From Azoarcus sp. (GTDB lineage: Bacteria; Pseudomonadota; Gammaproteobacteria; Burkholderiales; Rhodocyclaceae), in NCBI GenBank assembly GCA_031277415.1, contig JAITMK010000132.1, positions 3,977 to 67,976 of the forward strand: a stretch of 64,000 bases of DNA. Direction: 5' to 3'. Made by a program: the position numbers and the translations under genes. The notes beneath the pieces were generated by a model. The model worked only from the letters and a program-made list of their open reading frames with translations, made no database searches and was not told where the DNA came from. Shown here piece after piece: positions 28,974 through 37,745 of this stretch (positions within the stretch are counted from its first letter, which is position 1; every line of letters starts with the position of its first letter).

Positions 28974-31133
28974 TCAGTAACCGATGATGAACGTGCCGGG
29001 CGCTGACGTAGCCGCAGCGGCATCCGCCTGCGCATCGAGTACGGCGATTACGGCGGGTCCGTCACTGCCGTCCTGTCCGGCTGGCCCTTGAATTCCTTGT
29101 GCGCCCTGGATTCCTTGTATGCCTTGGTCTCCAGCCGGACCTTGTTCACCTTGCACACCCTGCGGGCCGGTTGAACCGGTCGCCCCCGTCGGCCCGATAT
29201 CTCCCGTGTCGCCCTTGTCACCTTTTGGCCCACGCCATTGCGCGCCTGCGCCGTTCGCAGGCCAGCCGTAGGTGCCATCAAAGATGTAGAGCCGCCCGTC
29301 TGCATCGACGTAGTACGCGTCGCCCTGCGCCACACCGGATGCGGGGAGGTTGCTATAGTCCGGCACCGTGCCATGGTACGTAATGCTCGTGCCGTTCTGA
29401 CCATCATCACCGTCTTTGCCCTGTGCCTTGACGCCAGTATCGGTCGTACCGATCCACCAGTTGCCGCCAGCATCGATATGCGGAGACGTACCGTCCACAC
29501 CGGTCGCCTGAACGCCTGTATCGACGAACGCATTGGTAGCGGTATCCCACGCAAACCAGTTACCGTTCGTACCGATATAGGGCGATTTACCCGGCTCTCC
29601 TGGCGCCGATGTGATGTTGGAGATTGCTAACTCAAGCGCCTCAAACTCACCTTTCAGGCTGGAGTTATCGCGTGCATTCCCTGTAATAAGCGCAAATGCA
29701 ACCGGCCAGCTTGACCCGCCTCCTGGCTGTGTGGATGCCTCGCGGTACTTGATGTAGGCTCTAAGCCGTACACCAGCGGCAAGATTCTTCCCTCCTCCTG
29801 TTGATCCTATATTTACAGGGTGCGTATGGCTACCGTCATCAGAGAGAACACCAGGAACAGTAACATTTTCTGATAAAGCATAAATATCATGTCTACGATG
29901 TAATAATACTGGATCTCCAGAATATGTTCCTGTAATTACAGTTGAATAATAAGGAGATATGCTGCTAACCGCAAAATTAACTTCATGGTAGTGCGTTGTT
30001 GGTGATGTGTTTCCTGTATGTCCGTGTGCAATAACAGCACCATTAGTCCTACTTCCAAGAAGGTTTGTAACAGACGCGACTAAAGAATCATCATCATCTA
30101 ACATCGGAACACGGAATGTCGTGCTTCCGTTCCCGCTGGAAAATGCGCCTCTATCTCCCGCCTGCCACGCAGTCTCCGTGACAACACGGCTATGCGTAAG
30201 CGCCCAGGTAAAAATATCCCCATATTCACTCGAACGTTGATATTGTGCGCCATTAAGTGATAGATACCCTTCTGGCGCTGTAGTGCTATAGCTATAGATG
30301 ACAGAGCCAATCGGAAGCGCTTCGTATGCCGTCAGTTTTGAGATGCGCAACACCGGCGCGGAAGACCATGTGATATTTCCACTACCGTCGATGTCTGTTA
30401 TGTCGTAGACAGTGATGGCGTTCGGCCAGTCCGGATCAGACTGAACGTAAATCATGTCGGCCAACGTCGGCGTCTTTCCAAACAGTGATATGGCCTGCGC
30501 GACAGTATCCGGTAGTCCGGCGGGTGTTTCGACAGACCCTAGGCGAGAGCCTAGTTTTTCGAGGTTTTGCAGTCTATCAAGCAGGTTTGTGTACTCCTGC
30601 TGCCAGACGGCGAGCTTTTGATCCATCTCGTTTGCAGTTTGCGCCGCAGAATCCGCCTCTTGCGCGGCGCGGTCTGCTTCCTGTTTGGCGTCTGCGCTGA
30701 CACCTAGAAGTTCATCAACAAGATCATCAGGACTTACTTCTGATGTGATATTCGTCTTGACTGAGCGTGATACCGCTTCTTCAAGCTGCTGAATCTGTAT
30801 CGTCGCTCTGTCAGCGGCATCATTGACCGTTTCTGGGTGGAACCCGCCGACGTTTGTCAGCATCATCGGCTGCGTGTTCGGCACATCACTTGTGATTGCA
30901 AGTGTTTCACCGGCTGGTATTGGAATAGAGAGCGTTACAACACCGCCCTGTGCAGCGTCCTGGTCTGCGTTGAGCGATACCGTTACCCCTGTAACTTCGA
31001 CCTCTACGCCAAAAGTGTTTCCATGTAATACAAGGATATCATCTGGCTTGAATACCTTGAAATTAAACGGGAATGCAACTTGAGCACCATCACTGGTAAA
31101 TAAAACCTTTCGCTCTAACGACTGTATAGTCAT
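28974..31133 (-). CDS. Tail fibre protein
   Basis: Podoviral anchor (GAQVAFPFNFKVF, GGFHPETVNDAADR), tail-collar domain (LPIGSVI...EGYLSLNG), HxH motifs, collagen GXY repeats. Confidence 0.85.
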   Translation of the reverse strand: MTIQSLERKVLFTSDGAQVAFPFNFKVFKPDDILVLHGNTFGVEVEVTGVTVSLNADQDAAQGGVVTLSIPIPAGETLAITSDVPNTQPMMLTNVGGFHPETVNDAADRATIQIQQLEEAVSRSVKTNITSEVSPDDLVDELLGVSADAKQEADRAAQEADSAAQTANEMDQKLAVWQQEYTNLLDRLQNLEKLGSRLGSVETPAGLPDTVAQAISLFGKTPTLADMIYVQSDPDWPNAITVYDITDIDGSGNITWSSAPVLRISKLTAYEALPIGSVIYSYSTTAPEGYLSLNGAQYQRSSEYGDIFTWALTHSRVVTETAWQAGDRGAFSSGNGSTTFRVPMLDDDDSLVASVTNLLGSRTNGAVIAHGHTGNTSPTTHYHEVNFAVSSISPYYSTVITGTYSGDPVLLHRRHDIYALSENVTVPGVLSDDGSHTHPVNIGSTGGGKNLAAGVRLRAYIKYREASTQPGGGSSWPVAFALITGNARDNSSLKGEFEALELAISNITSAPGEPGKSPYIGTNGNWFAWDTATNAFVDTGVQATGVDGTSPHIDAGGNWWIGTTDTGVKAQGKDGDDGQNGTSITYHGTVPDYSNLPASGVAQGDAYYVDADGRLYIFDGTYGWPANGAGAQWRGPKGDKGDTGDIGPTGATGSTGPQGVQGEQGPAGDQGIQGIQGAQGIQGPAGQDGSDGPAVIAVLDAQADAAAATSAPGTFIIGY

Positions 31134-31165
31134 CTTTCACCAAGCACTCAGTATCAAATGGCTTG

Positions 31166-31200
31166 ATTTTGATGAATTAAGAGAAGTCCGTATGAACGTT
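31166..31200 (-). promoter_or_regulatory. Putative late promoter, copy 3 (tail fibre/lysis)
   Basis: AACGTTCATACGG-N16-CAAAAT. Confidence 0.65.
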
Positions 31201-34200
31201 CAGTAACTGTATTCCTGGTACCCGAACACAGGCGCAAGCGGGTTAGACGTATCTCCCTCTATCATCTTCTCTATACCCTTGTACGATCTATTGAACTGCG
31301 TTGAGGGTAGACCAAGGTAAAGGCCAAGAACTTGAACAAATGATCTCCTGAGCGCACTATCTGCTTCGCCTTGCGATACCTGGATAAGGAAATTTCCAGT
31401 GTCGCCAATGACGCGAACACCAGCAGGGCCAGAGTACCCACGTAACCCCGGAACACCTGTAATCTGACGGGTAACGAAAGATAGCTCTCGCACAACCAGA
31501 AGCGTGCCCATCGCGTATTCAAGGTTGGCGTTCAGTATGCCTCTCAAGAATTTTTCAGGATCGTCCCATTCATCACCACCGCCCGGTATGAGCGCATTCA
31601 TCACGATGTAGGTGAGTATCGCCGGTAGGATAATGATTTGCGCAACGTCCTTTGTTAGGGCCGCGTACTCTGCTGGCGTCTCAGCTAGCATGTACTTGGC
31701 TGCCAGAAGGTTGAATGTACTATTGAAGTACGATGTGAACGGAGAAAGTACCCTCATCAAACCTTTTGAGCGATGCCATGCTGATAAATCCTTTATCTGC
31801 CCGCCTGCCTGAGAATCCAGTACCGCCTGTTCTGCCTGTGCAATGGCAGAAACCTCATCAGCACCGTTTGCAAGGGCTTTAGCTTTTGCACCGTAATATG
31901 TCGGCACGTCAACGAAGCGCTGACAGAATGAGATAAACAGGAACGAGTGATTTCTTATGGATGAAATAATCCCAGGCTCGTTGCTGCGTACCGTGTTCAT
32001 GACTTCGTTTATTTCTCGCATCAGTGTGCGTGCGCGGTTTGCCATCAACAGGCTTTCGTTTGCTGCGGCACGCGCTGCATCAATCGGCCCCATTCTCATG
32101 GATTCAGCCACACCATGCACGATCCACCGTGCACCAACCCTGTTGATACTCTGAACAATCCCGGTGAATTGCAGCGCTGAGGTTGTTGCGCTATAGCCCA
32201 TCGCAGCAATACCGACGTTTCGCGGTAGCCATGCACTTACTTCCTCTCCGTACTTCATAGCAAAAGATTCACCGATGGCGACATCTTTTATCCATTCCTG
32301 GAAACGTTTGTACATTTCCGCGCCACGTGTTTCACGCACTGCATTTTTAAATTCATTTGACCGTATCACTCTATTTGCGTTATGGACGGCCTCACGGTGA
32401 GATATGTCATGAATGATTTCATTCACGCCATTGAAGAGCGTTTGAAGACTAAGCAAGATTGGACGGTCAAACACCTCATTCACGCGCGGCTTTGCAAACG
32501 TTCTTCGCGTTGTAGCGGAAGTATAGGACGCTCTTTGTTCAAGTTTTGCTGTGTCTTCTCTTTCCTGCTGCTCTGCCCTGACGCTTGCTTTCGGGTCGTA
32601 CTTAATCGGGTAGTAACCACCGCGCAAGTGGTGTGTATTGCCTTCAGAATCTGTCACCGTGATTGCCTGCGGCTCTACCCATTGCGGCTCTCTCCCAAGC
32701 ATTCTGCGCTCAAGTGCCGCAATCAGCGGACGGTAAGTTTCGATAAAATCCCATATCTTTTGAACGGCTTCGACAGCTACAGGAGGTAGGTTTTTGAACG
32801 CTTCCTGTACATGCTGTGCTGTAAAGCCGTTACCGCCTTCAATGCGCTGCAAGTTTCCTTTATTCCCAGAATTGAGCGCGATGGAAAAAATTTGCTCCAT
32901 AGTGTAGCGCTTACCATTTCCGATGCTGTACTTCGCCGAGGTGATATTTCCTATGGCCTTCTTGACTGGTTTTAATATCTCATCGAGTGATACAAACCCA
33001 TCATGGCTCATCTGCGCTTTAAGATTCCCAGCATCATTTATGGGTTTGAGGAGCAAATCCCACAGCAACCCACCGTCCACGCCGCCGTCCAGTACGCGAA
33101 CATCCGTCGACGCCTTTATCTGACGAGAAAAGAAAATATCTATAGCCTCTTTCTTTTTCCCCCATGGTGTTGCCGGTGTTTCATTTACCCTTTCTTTTCC
33201 ACGATAGTTCTCACGGATATTTGACTGCATCGCGTCGAGCGAATCCAAAAAACGCTCATCACGCTTTCCTATTGCCGTGATCTGACGTACCGCTTCGCCA
33301 ACATCCAGCGCCTCTTCCAGAGTGAGTTTGCCCCACGGCTTTCTTTCGTTTTCGTCCGTTACGATATCGGCTAAATCGAGTTGTGGGCCTTCATTGTTTT
33401 CAAGCTGTTCCAGCCAGTCAGCAAGCGTCGTACCCTCTCTCGGCATTTCACCGGCAATAAACCTGTCAATGATGCGCCAGACCTGCTCAGAGTATCCAGG
33501 AAGGAGGTGGCGCCCGCGCTTGTTGTGGTTGAGAATGTATTTGTACTCACGCTTCGCACGGTTCAGAACCCTGTTCGCCTCATTTGAGAGCATCTGGTTC
33601 AAAACCTTTGTTCTCGTGAATGCCGCCGCCGTTTCAATGTCGCCTGACCTAAGCGCCTTTTCCGCCTCGGTTGCGTTCTTCTGCGCAGTCGCAGAAAAGC
33701 GTTGCGGATTGATATCATCAATCATCATGCGCGCGATAGCGACACGCGCGTATTCACGCGCTGCCGCGTTCATGAACCGCTGGCCGCCATACGCTTTTTC
33801 GAGCGCCGAAAGTTCTGTCTGAGAGAACCGCACCATTGCATCATTGGCTATCGCCTCATCTGCCGCGCGTTCTATCGCCTGCGGGGTCGCAAGCTCGCCG
33901 TGTTGTTCAAGCATCCGCGCGTCTGCAATTTGCGCAATGGCCTGCTCCGGCGGTGTCGCTGCGGCAAGCGCGTCAACGAGTTCAGCGCCGTTGTCGAACC
34001 CGAACATCCCGGCCACGATTTCAGGATGAAGACCGTCTTTCGCGGTCATGCCGCGTTCTCTCAAATTTGCGGAAGATTCTTTCCCAAAATCATCCAGTGC
34101 GCTAATATCCAACCGGCCAGCGCCAAGAGCCTGCGGGTTAGCAACCTGCTCGCCCGCCATTATCTCTTCAAGTATTCCGTATTCGTATGCGCTCGAATAC

Positions 34201-37200
34201 TGTGGCACCCCACGCAATTCATCGAAGAACGCACTCTCGAAGTACGTATTCGAGAAACTTGGATCATCAGGCAGGTAGCCAAGTTCCGTCAGCGCTTCTT
34301 CCATCTTCGAGACGCTCAATCCGCCCTTGTTGCGGATGACGATCTTCCAGCCCTTCGGAAGTGTTGCCTTCTCTTCCGGCTTTAACCCCCACAGGCTTGC
34401 AAGCTCCTCCCGGTTCATACCGCCAAGTTTCGATATAGCCTCGAACAGCGAATCAATCGATTCATCCACCTTACCGCGTGGCGTTGCTTTGCGTTGCTGT
34501 GGCGGTTTACCAATCCTGTCCTGCGGCCTGAGTGGCGCAGTCAGAAATTGCCATGCGCGATAAACGGGCTGACTCATCACCTCGCGCCGAGCATCCATCT
34601 CAGCCTGCGCGCGCGCCTGCGTTGCTTGGCGTTGTAGCCGCTTTATCTCTCGTCCTCTGGCGTAATGCAACCATCGCATGTCGCGCAGTGCCTTTGCCTG
34701 CATTGCGTCAGTTGCAACGCCTACGGCATCAGAGAACTGCTGCAAATATTCGTCGAACTCTTCCGGAGTCATGTTGGCGAGTTCTGCGTTATCAATCAGA
34801 GGCATCGATCCTCGCGCGCGCATCACTCTATTTATTTCCGCCTCAGAAGCAATCATCCGGTCAAACACGGCTCGTACAGCAGGCGTGAGTGTGACGTTAT
34901 GCGCCTTGAGTGACTTGTAGACGGAGCGGATGAAGTTCGACAGCCGACGAAATGCACGCATCAGCGCGGAAGATGGCGCAACACCCTCATGGATGTACCG
35001 CTCAAACCCTCTTGCAAGCTTCTCATGGTGTGGCGTTTGCTCATCAACCGTCATCTGATTCCACGCATCGATGGACGGCACGCCGAACCAGTCGAGCAAT
35101 GCTTGCGTGTCTTCAATGATTCGCCGCTCGCCTGCTGTGATGTCTGCTTCAGGCTTCATCGTGAATTGCTGCGACAAGTCGGCGTAGATGCTCAGGAACA
35201 TATGCCCGAACTCGTGTATTGCTGTGGATGAATCCTGCGTCTGCGTCAGTAAGATGAGGCGTTCTTCAAAACTCGTAAATCCTCGTGGAACGTCTTGCTG
35301 GACTGACTGGTAATAGTTCTCGCCAAGCCGATTGACAAGACGGGCACGAGAGAATACTCTTCTGCTGCCGTGGGAAAACGAGCCAATGGAATTGTCCCAG
35401 TAACTCCCCATCGCCGAGACCGCCCCCGCCCTTGTGGCCGCTGCGGTCTCACTGTTTTCTGGCCTTGACCTATCTCGTACATACACAGGCGATTTAGTAT
35501 TTGCTTTAAGTAATGCGGCAAGCCTTGCTTTAAGCCTATCCCATCCGCTTTCTACTACATCTCCTGCACCATCAGTAACGTTGTGCTGTGGAGTAATTGT
35601 TCTTATCTCTCCGTTACGGATACCAACGATTATTGGCTCGCCGTTCTGCGTCATCGCGTCAATGAGAACGTTCACACCACCTTCCGGTGCCGGATAGGAA
35701 AGCAACGGATCATGAAGGAAATCTGTAAGGTTCGTCACTACTTCTGACGGTATTTCGTGCCCATGATCACGCACAATCTTCTGCCAGTACGTAGGAGAAA
35801 ATGAAATCTCACCGCTTCTTACGCCCATCTCTCTAAGAACAGCAGGTGTTTTCATGCGTACCGTCTTGCCACGGTTTAGGTCGCCAATAGCATTGCGCCA
35901 GCGCGCAATTTCCGCTTCCAGCGTAGCCTGCGCAGCTTGGCTGAACCCTTCTCCTTGAACAATTCCACGAAGAATCCTGTGACCGTACTGCGCGTAGAAC
36001 GCTTCTGTCGTCACGCCTATATTTTGTGCAATCGTGTTGAACATTGACGAAGCCAATAACGCAACGTCAGCCGACTCTTTCGCCGGTCGGCCTGCCGCCT
36101 CAAGCTGCGTTCGGATATCATCCATGATCACGACACGCTGCGCGTCGAGCGCCGCCAATCTCGCATCCTCTGCCATGGCGCGCTCTATCGTCTCTCTCGT
36201 CTCTGTGTCTGCGTCAAACGCCTCACGCTGTGCGGGCGTTGGGATGTCTGGGTTGAACGTGGTGTGGAGTCGTATTTGATCAATTATTGCACTGTTCGGC
36301 GCTACGTTATTCGCAAACTCACGAAGGGATATCTGAACATACCCGTTTTCAGCAATCGGTTCCTGTAGCTGCTGCGCGGCTTCTGGTGAGACTGCTGAAA
36401 GCTGCTCTGATAGACCTTGCTGTGCAAACGCCTCGGATGAAATATAGACGGTTTCTACTTCGCTTTCTCTTCCTACGGCTTCCACAAAATCTGCGTATGC
36501 TTTTGGATCTCTCCTGATAAGATTAATGTCTTTAGAAAGATTAATTAATTGATCTAAAAGTCGTTGATGAAGTTCAGATACCCCTCCAAGAGATTCTTTT
36601 CTCAGCAGGTTGTCGATGCTACTCATGATAGCAACATTGCCTGCACTTCCGACGATGGTTGCTACAAGCGTCTGATAGGCCGCATCCGGGCGTTCTGAAA
36701 GGTACTCTACAAGATGCTGACCAAAGCCTTTTTCAGGGTGTTGAGCAGCCCGTATAAAAACCTGACGATTAAAATCTTGAATGAGCGTGGTTACTTGCTC
36801 TTGCGGCACCTCTTTCAACATAACATTGAATGCTGTTTTTAAGACGCCTGAGCGGTTAGCAATTCCACTTAGCGCAGCCATAAATGGGGCACGCTCTAGC
36901 AATGCTTCAGGAACGCCTTGTGACAGACCGTACAATGCCGCTCTTCCGGGTGAATAGCCCGCTCTTAATCCTTCTCCGTATTCTTCACCTCCTACCATGC
37001 CGCCAAACATTACCAATGGACCCCATGATCCAGCAGAATAAGCAGGAAGCGACATTACAAACTGCGTTATAGATTCAATGCCAGAATAAATAGCAGATTC
37101 AGTTTTTCCAGGATTTCCTATTACGCGCCAATCCGTGCTCTCTGCACGATGTTTCCATGCTTCTTCGCTTCTCTCCCATACCTTGCCCGCTCTACGAAAA

Positions 37201-37745
37201 GAGTCTTTATGTCCCCCAGGAATAAGATTTAACCACGGGTCAAATATCGGCGATAGAACATTTGTCATTGCAGCAGATATCCAACCGCTAAGACCTTCTT
37301 CACCTCTTAAATATCCTCTACCGGAGGCTCTGCCAATATTACGTACAATCTCCTCTAAACCGCCTAGCATTTCAATATCGTCGTGCGCAATGGCTGCAAA
37401 ATTTGGATCTGTCATTCTCCGCTGAAGTTGCGGGTAGTTCCGCATGACACTTCTTACCGCACGCACACGATTATGGTTGACGTAGGCATCCTGGTTTCTT
37501 TCTATAACAGAGACATCTACGCCGTAAATCTTAGCAAGGTTCTGCGCTTCTGCTGCCTTGTCAGGATTGCGCGGCATCGTCCGCTCAAGATACTCCTGAA
37601 ATTGAGCCGCCTGTTGTTCTTGCTCCTGTCTATGTCTTTTTGCGAAATTCTCAAACCATTCATCTTCAGATAAACGTTTATTTACAATAGGACGGCTTGT
37701 TAAGTCTATATTGCCTTGCTCAATAATATTATCTTGGTTTTCCAT
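31200..37745 (-). CDS. Large internal virion (ejection) protein, T7 gp16-position, polyvalent
   Basis: About 2180 aa; HEFGH zincin motif; BECR/MuF-C-like segment; likely ATG 37745 overlapping upstream stop. Confidence 0.75.
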   Translation of the reverse strand: MENQDNIIEQGNIDLTSRPIVNKRLSEDEWFENFAKRHRQEQEQQAAQFQEYLERTMPRNPDKAAEAQNLAKIYGVDVSVIERNQDAYVNHNRVRAVRSVMRNYPQLQRRMTDPNFAAIAHDDIEMLGGLEEIVRNIGRASGRGYLRGEEGLSGWISAAMTNVLSPIFDPWLNLIPGGHKDSFRRAGKVWERSEEAWKHRAESTDWRVIGNPGKTESAIYSGIESITQFVMSLPAYSAGSWGPLVMFGGMVGGEEYGEGLRAGYSPGRAALYGLSQGVPEALLERAPFMAALSGIANRSGVLKTAFNVMLKEVPQEQVTTLIQDFNRQVFIRAAQHPEKGFGQHLVEYLSERPDAAYQTLVATIVGSAGNVAIMSSIDNLLRKESLGGVSELHQRLLDQLINLSKDINLIRRDPKAYADFVEAVGRESEVETVYISSEAFAQQGLSEQLSAVSPEAAQQLQEPIAENGYVQISLREFANNVAPNSAIIDQIRLHTTFNPDIPTPAQREAFDADTETRETIERAMAEDARLAALDAQRVVIMDDIRTQLEAAGRPAKESADVALLASSMFNTIAQNIGVTTEAFYAQYGHRILRGIVQGEGFSQAAQATLEAEIARWRNAIGDLNRGKTVRMKTPAVLREMGVRSGEISFSPTYWQKIVRDHGHEIPSEVVTNLTDFLHDPLLSYPAPEGGVNVLIDAMTQNGEPIIVGIRNGEIRTITPQHNVTDGAGDVVESGWDRLKARLAALLKANTKSPVYVRDRSRPENSETAAATRAGAVSAMGSYWDNSIGSFSHGSRRVFSRARLVNRLGENYYQSVQQDVPRGFTSFEERLILLTQTQDSSTAIHEFGHMFLSIYADLSQQFTMKPEADITAGERRIIEDTQALLDWFGVPSIDAWNQMTVDEQTPHHEKLARGFERYIHEGVAPSSALMRAFRRLSNFIRSVYKSLKAHNVTLTPAVRAVFDRMIASEAEINRVMRARGSMPLIDNAELANMTPEEFDEYLQQFSDAVGVATDAMQAKALRDMRWLHYARGREIKRLQRQATQARAQAEMDARREVMSQPVYRAWQFLTAPLRPQDRIGKPPQQRKATPRGKVDESIDSLFEAISKLGGMNREELASLWGLKPEEKATLPKGWKIVIRNKGGLSVSKMEEALTELGYLPDDPSFSNTYFESAFFDELRGVPQYSSAYEYGILEEIMAGEQVANPQALGAGRLDISALDDFGKESSANLRERGMTAKDGLHPEIVAGMFGFDNGAELVDALAAATPPEQAIAQIADARMLEQHGELATPQAIERAADEAIANDAMVRFSQTELSALEKAYGGQRFMNAAAREYARVAIARMMIDDINPQRFSATAQKNATEAEKALRSGDIETAAAFTRTKVLNQMLSNEANRVLNRAKREYKYILNHNKRGRHLLPGYSEQVWRIIDRFIAGEMPREGTTLADWLEQLENNEGPQLDLADIVTDENERKPWGKLTLEEALDVGEAVRQITAIGKRDERFLDSLDAMQSNIRENYRGKERVNETPATPWGKKKEAIDIFFSRQIKASTDVRVLDGGVDGGLLWDLLLKPINDAGNLKAQMSHDGFVSLDEILKPVKKAIGNITSAKYSIGNGKRYTMEQIFSIALNSGNKGNLQRIEGGNGFTAQHVQEAFKNLPPVAVEAVQKIWDFIETYRPLIAALERRMLGREPQWVEPQAITVTDSEGNTHHLRGGYYPIKYDPKASVRAEQQEREDTAKLEQRASYTSATTRRTFAKPRVNEVFDRPILLSLQTLFNGVNEIIHDISHREAVHNANRVIRSNEFKNAVRETRGAEMYKRFQEWIKDVAIGESFAMKYGEEVSAWLPRNVGIAAMGYSATTSALQFTGIVQSINRVGARWIVHGVAESMRMGPIDAARAAANESLLMANRARTLMREINEVMNTVRSNEPGIISSIRNHSFLFISFCQRFVDVPTYYGAKAKALANGADEVSAIAQAEQAVLDSQAGGQIKDLSAWHRSKGLMRVLSPFTSYFNSTFNLLAAKYMLAETPAEYAALTKDVAQIIILPAILTYIVMNALIPGGGDEWDDPEKFLRGILNANLEYAMGTLLVVRELSFVTRQITGVPGLRGYSGPAGVRVIGDTGNFLIQVSQGEADSALRRSFVQVLGLYLGLPSTQFNRSYKGIEKMIEGDTSNPLAPVFGYQEYSY

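Noticed and set aside
28241-31133. BPP-1-type diversity-generating retroelement
   Set aside because: No reverse transcriptase, avd-like gene or TR/VR duplicate near the tail genes
28974-31133. Invertible tail-fibre cassette driven by the serine recombinase
   Set aside because: No inverted fibre fragments or flanking inverted sites seen; the recombinase is a large integrase type
37680-37730. GNIDLTSRPIV remnant of a known virion domain
   Set aside because: Only 11 residues of recalled similarity; insufficient without a search
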